Origin: Lepidodermella squamata
Taxonomy: Eukaryota > Animalia > Gastrotricha
NCBI GenBank assembly: GCA_047495785.1
Contig: JBLDXI010000147.1
Span: forward strand, 1 to 13,517
Length of the DNA stretch: 13,517 nt
Direction of reading: 5' to 3'
Each line of letters starts with the position of its first letter. Position 1 is the stretch's first letter. Of this stretch, positions 10,601 to 13,517 are shown one piece after another. The notes under the pieces were generated by a model. The model saw only the letters and a program-made list of their open reading frames with translations. It was not told where the DNA came from and searched no databases. A program made the translations under genes and the position numbers.

Positions 10601-13311
10601 TTCATCGCCCCCGGTTGACCCGTTCGCAGCCGCTTTCCCTTCATCTGCAACGACTGCTGCACCTGTTTTAAACAACAGCAGCAACCCTGCTGATAAATGG
10701 GACGCGTTTGGCGCATTCAGTGCGTCGTCAGTTGCTAAAGCGCACGATGCTTTCGATTCGGCGTTTGATACCTCGTCGAAAAGTAACGGTAACGGTTGGG
10801 CTAGTGCTACGAAAACTAATGGCAATGGGTATCACGTTAACGGCAATGGTCACCATGCTGCTTTCGATGCTTTTGGAACCAGCTCGCCTGCGTCGAAATC
10901 GAATGGAAATAATTCGTTTTCCGGCTCCTTCACTGCACCTCACGCTAAATGTTTGCTTCCCTGTTTTTTAGTCTATGTTACTTGTTAGATGTCGAATTTG
11001 ATGTTTTTTCTGAATTTCACATTTTCTAACATGAATTTTTCAAACTAACAGCTTCTACTACTCGGTATCGCGTGATTTACAACTTTGTTGCTCGAAACGA
11101 GGACGAGTTGAACTTGGTAGAGGGTGACGTGATAAACGTGCCTGCCGATCAAAGCACTGCCGAGCCTGGCTGGGTGTACGGTGAAATCGACGGGCGGTGG
11201 GGCATGGTGCCTGAAAATTACATCCAACGGCTCGAGACTGAGCCGGATGCGTTCAGCCCTTCGGTCCTTCCTGCCGCTGCCGTCCCGTCAGCTCAGCCTG
11301 CTGATTTCGCTAATGCCTCGTTCTCCAGTGCAAAGGCCGCCCCGCAGAATAACGGCGACCTGTGTGTAGCGTTGTACAACTATGAGTCGCCCGAATCTGG
11401 TGACTTGAACTTCAATCAGGGTGATATCATCCAGGTCGTCACTCGTGACGGTGAGTGGTGGACAGGTCAGCTCAACGGCCGGCAAGGCATCTTCCCTGCT
11501 ACCTTCGTCAAGCCGCTTGATGCTGAGGTGAGCCCTTGAAATAATTCAGTCCTTTAATATACTAGAGGAAAATAAAAAGGAGTTCTCTAATTTATACTAA
11601 TTAGTGACGCTATAGATATGCTCCAATGAGCAGAAAAAATCGATAACTTGACGAGCCGTGTGGATGTATGAATAATTAAATTTAGTGGAAGAAAGAAACA
11701 TACCGTTAAGTGATCAACTAGCCAGATCAAAGAGTTCCGGAGAGAGAAACCTAATTGTATTCGAAGTCCGACATTACATGAATTTATGAATACATCATAT
11801 TTTGCGTGATTACAGGTGGTTAGACAAGCGTTTTCGGTGAGTTGATTTGAACAAAGTTCTTCGTTTGAAACATACACATAACACGATTGCTGTGATCTAA
11901 AAAAATCGCCAAACTTTTGCTTTGAAAAATGATGATGGCAACCAGCGATTCTTAACTCTCTTTCGGATGGCATGGGATATTTGAAATATATTTTTCATTT
12001 TGCGGGATGATTGTAGGTGGCTAACACGTTGCATCGTGTTCACCGCCCAGCTCCGAGATTGGCGGTTGGTTGATAGTGATTAGAAAAATACCCCGCTCTT
12101 TATAGCTACATTAATTTATCGAATAACAACATAATAATTTTTTGGTTCAACAATCAATCCTCATTATACTAACATTCCATCTATAGTCGGATGCCGCCCC
12201 ACCCTCGTTCAGCCCTCCTGTCCTGGATACTAACAACTCGGCCGATGGACAGGTAACGTATGGAGAAGACGCAGAGGTGGGTGCTGTCATGTCACCCGCT
12301 TCGCCACAGCATCCTACTAAGCCTGCCAGCCTTCTTCCATCGAGCCAGGGGAGCGCTACTGAGCGACTCCGCGCTGAGCTCGAAACTAAGCTTGCTTCGT
12401 CGAATCAGCCTCCGCCAAAAGTAATTATACTGGCTGTTGTCTCGTTCTATTGTTTCGCGGGATTTTATTTTTACTAATTGCATGCCTCTACTAATTTTCT
12501 CTCCACCTTATTGCACGCTTGACCATTACCCGTTTTCTCGAATTTTTGTTAACATGTTGTTTTTATTTTCAACAGTCGGGCAAGCAAGGCGGTGGAAAGA
12601 AGCCGGAAATCGTGACTGTGATCGCGGAATATCGAGCCACTGGCGCTGAGCAGTTGACCCTTGAGCCTGGCAACCTCATTTACATCAAAAAGAAAAGTGA
12701 TTCCGGTTGGTGGCAGGGCGAACTTCACGCCAGAGGGAAGGCCCGTCAGGTCGGTTGGTTCCCGGCCAACTACGTCCGGCCTTGGACTGGTGGCCCTGGT
12801 GGGTCGAGGCAAAGCTCTCGAACAACGCCTGTGTCCGATATCGAAGCTGAGAGAGGTGGGAATATAATTAAGGCGGACTTTTTTTGGTAACTAAGTTCGT
12901 TAATTCGTGTATAGAAAAAGTGATTACAATGTACCCGTATGCTGCCAACCACGACGATGAGCTCACATTCAAGAAAGACGAGATTATTAATGTGATCAAC
13001 AAGGACGATCCGGATTGGTGGCGTGGGGAACTTAACGGCATTGTTGGCATGTTCCCTTCGAACTACGTGAAGCCAATCATCCAATCGTCTCTACAGCCAA
13101 AGCCTTGTAAGTTTAACTACTTGTAAATATCGGGCTATTATTAGAGCTATATCTGAAGCTAGCGGGTTAATCCCTGGTCGCTTGCCAAGCTTGCTATATC
13201 AATAGGTCGCTGAATAATATAGTGGCCCCATCCCAACTCGATTAAAACGCATGATACTCGAAAAATCGTAGTAACAGATCATCTTTCAACTTTCCTCCTT
13301 TTCATCCAGGA
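7652..13311 (+). CDS. ITSN: Intersectin / Dap160 (EH-EH-coiled coil-4xSH3), about 1190 aa. Exons: 7652-7664, 8119-8442, 8545-8700, 8828-9942, 10005-10366, 10423-10448, 10558-10950, 11052-11527, 12187-12420, 12576-12855, 12915-13106, 13310-13311 (completes TGA)
   Basis: EH1 [15 protein letters not shown]...[15 protein letters not shown]; EH2 [16 protein letters not shown]...[12 protein letters not shown]; the intersectin-typical [21 protein letters not shown] start of a KLERQ-rich coiled coil; four SH3 domains including [12 protein letters not shown]...[24 protein letters not shown]. All proposed introns are GT-AG with matching phases, and the exon sum of 3573 nt is 1191 codons. The first exon (ATGAACGTCTCAG|gtacgt) and last exon are inferred. 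Confidence 0.92.
10423..10448 (+). CDS. ITSN: 26-nt intersectin microexon, (W)EESGSALG(A), required to keep the frame
   Basis: tttttctcag|GGAGGAATCAGGATCTGCTCTTGGAG|gtcagt. It bridges a phase-2 donor (10367) to a phase-1 acceptor (10557), so skipping it would frameshift. Confidence 0.8.
11816..11836 (+). CDS. ITSN: Candidate 21-nt cassette microexon of intersectin (VVRQAFS); mirror at 1665-1685 on minus
   Basis: attttgcgtgattacag|GTGGTTAGACAAGCGTTTTCG|gtgagt. Phase 0-0, stop-free, consensus donor, inside a phase-0 intron. Confidence 0.6.
12017..12064 (+). CDS. ITSN: Candidate 48-nt cassette exon of intersectin ([16 protein letters not shown]); mirror at 1437-1484 on minus
   Basis: tttttcattttgcgggatgattgtag|GTGGCT...TTGGCG|gttggt. 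Phase 0-0, stop-free, and a GC-richer island in an AT-rich intron. Confidence 0.5.
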
Positions 13312-13517
13312 ACAAAGCGTTGGAGGCGGTACCCGTAGCCGGAAAAAACAACAGGCGATTCGAGCTGAAGAACAATCCCTTACATGATCCTCTTTGCTTT
13401 GAGCTATTTCTATCACGTGTGCCCTTTTTATACTACCATCACACGAACAAAAACACTGCATGTCTCTCACCGGCTTTGTTATTAACTGAAACTACCCTGC
13501 ATTGAGTTTTCCAAAAT

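Larger units (their letters stand above)
6894..13476. repeat. Right arm of giant inverted repeat; contains a 50-bp segment (13251-13300) absent from the left arm
   Basis: Reverse complement of 251-6607 over 6894-13250, and of 75-250 over 13301-13476. The match stops after 'tctcaccggctt' at 13476. Confidence 0.98.

Noticed and set aside
11587-11973. 128-aa minus-strand ORF inside the long intersectin intron (mirror 1528-1914) as a nested gene
   Set aside because: AT-rich, intron-like composition with no domain similarity I can recognise. The intron is better explained by sense-strand microexons.
8063-13084. Many 60-150 aa ORFs antisense or out of frame to intersectin exons (e.g. 8063-8482, 8209-8658, 9045-9422, 10469-10825, 12770-13084 and their mirrors)
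   Set aside because: All overlap well-supported intersectin exons and lack recognisable protein features.
75-13476. Giant foldback transposon, Polinton or linear plasmid/virus with terminal inverted repeats
   Set aside because: No transposase, integrase, polymerase or capsid ORF and no target-site duplication. The arms consist entirely of spliced host genes.
1-13517. Prokaryotic system (CRISPR array, defence island, bacterial operon)
   Set aside because: GT-AG introns, EH/SH3 domains and eukaryotic eS4 show this is animal nuclear DNA, and there is no repeat-spacer array.

Overview
Eukaryotic (invertebrate animal, compact genome, many ~56-62 nt introns) genomic DNA that forms one giant inverted repeat. 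The inner arms, 251-6607 and 6894-13250 (6,357 bp each, mirror sum 13501), look identical and surround a 286-bp unique spacer (6608-6893). Outer segments 75-250 and 13301-13476 also match, offset by a 50-bp indel (13251-13300 is present only in the right arm), and the extreme ends are unrelated. Each arm carries the 3' part of ribosomal protein eS4 (RPS4) followed 195 bp later, on the same strand, by a complete multi-exon intersectin/Dap160 gene (2 EH, coiled coil, 4 SH3; about 1190 aa by my splice model), and the two copies point away from the centre. The fold-back point lies inside an RPS4 exon at an imperfect ~15-nt inverted microhomology, so both RPS4 copies lack their 5' end. This is the signature of a template-switch/fold-back, most simply a whole-genome-amplification or assembly chimera, although the asymmetric outer ends leave a real palindromic duplication open. 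Independent of that, the locus shows (i) an operon-like RPS4-to-intersectin arrangement with a candidate trans-splice acceptor, (ii) two frame-preserving candidate microexons with UGC-containing acceptors, and (iii) a stop codon split by the last intron (T|GA), as in vertebrate ITSN1.
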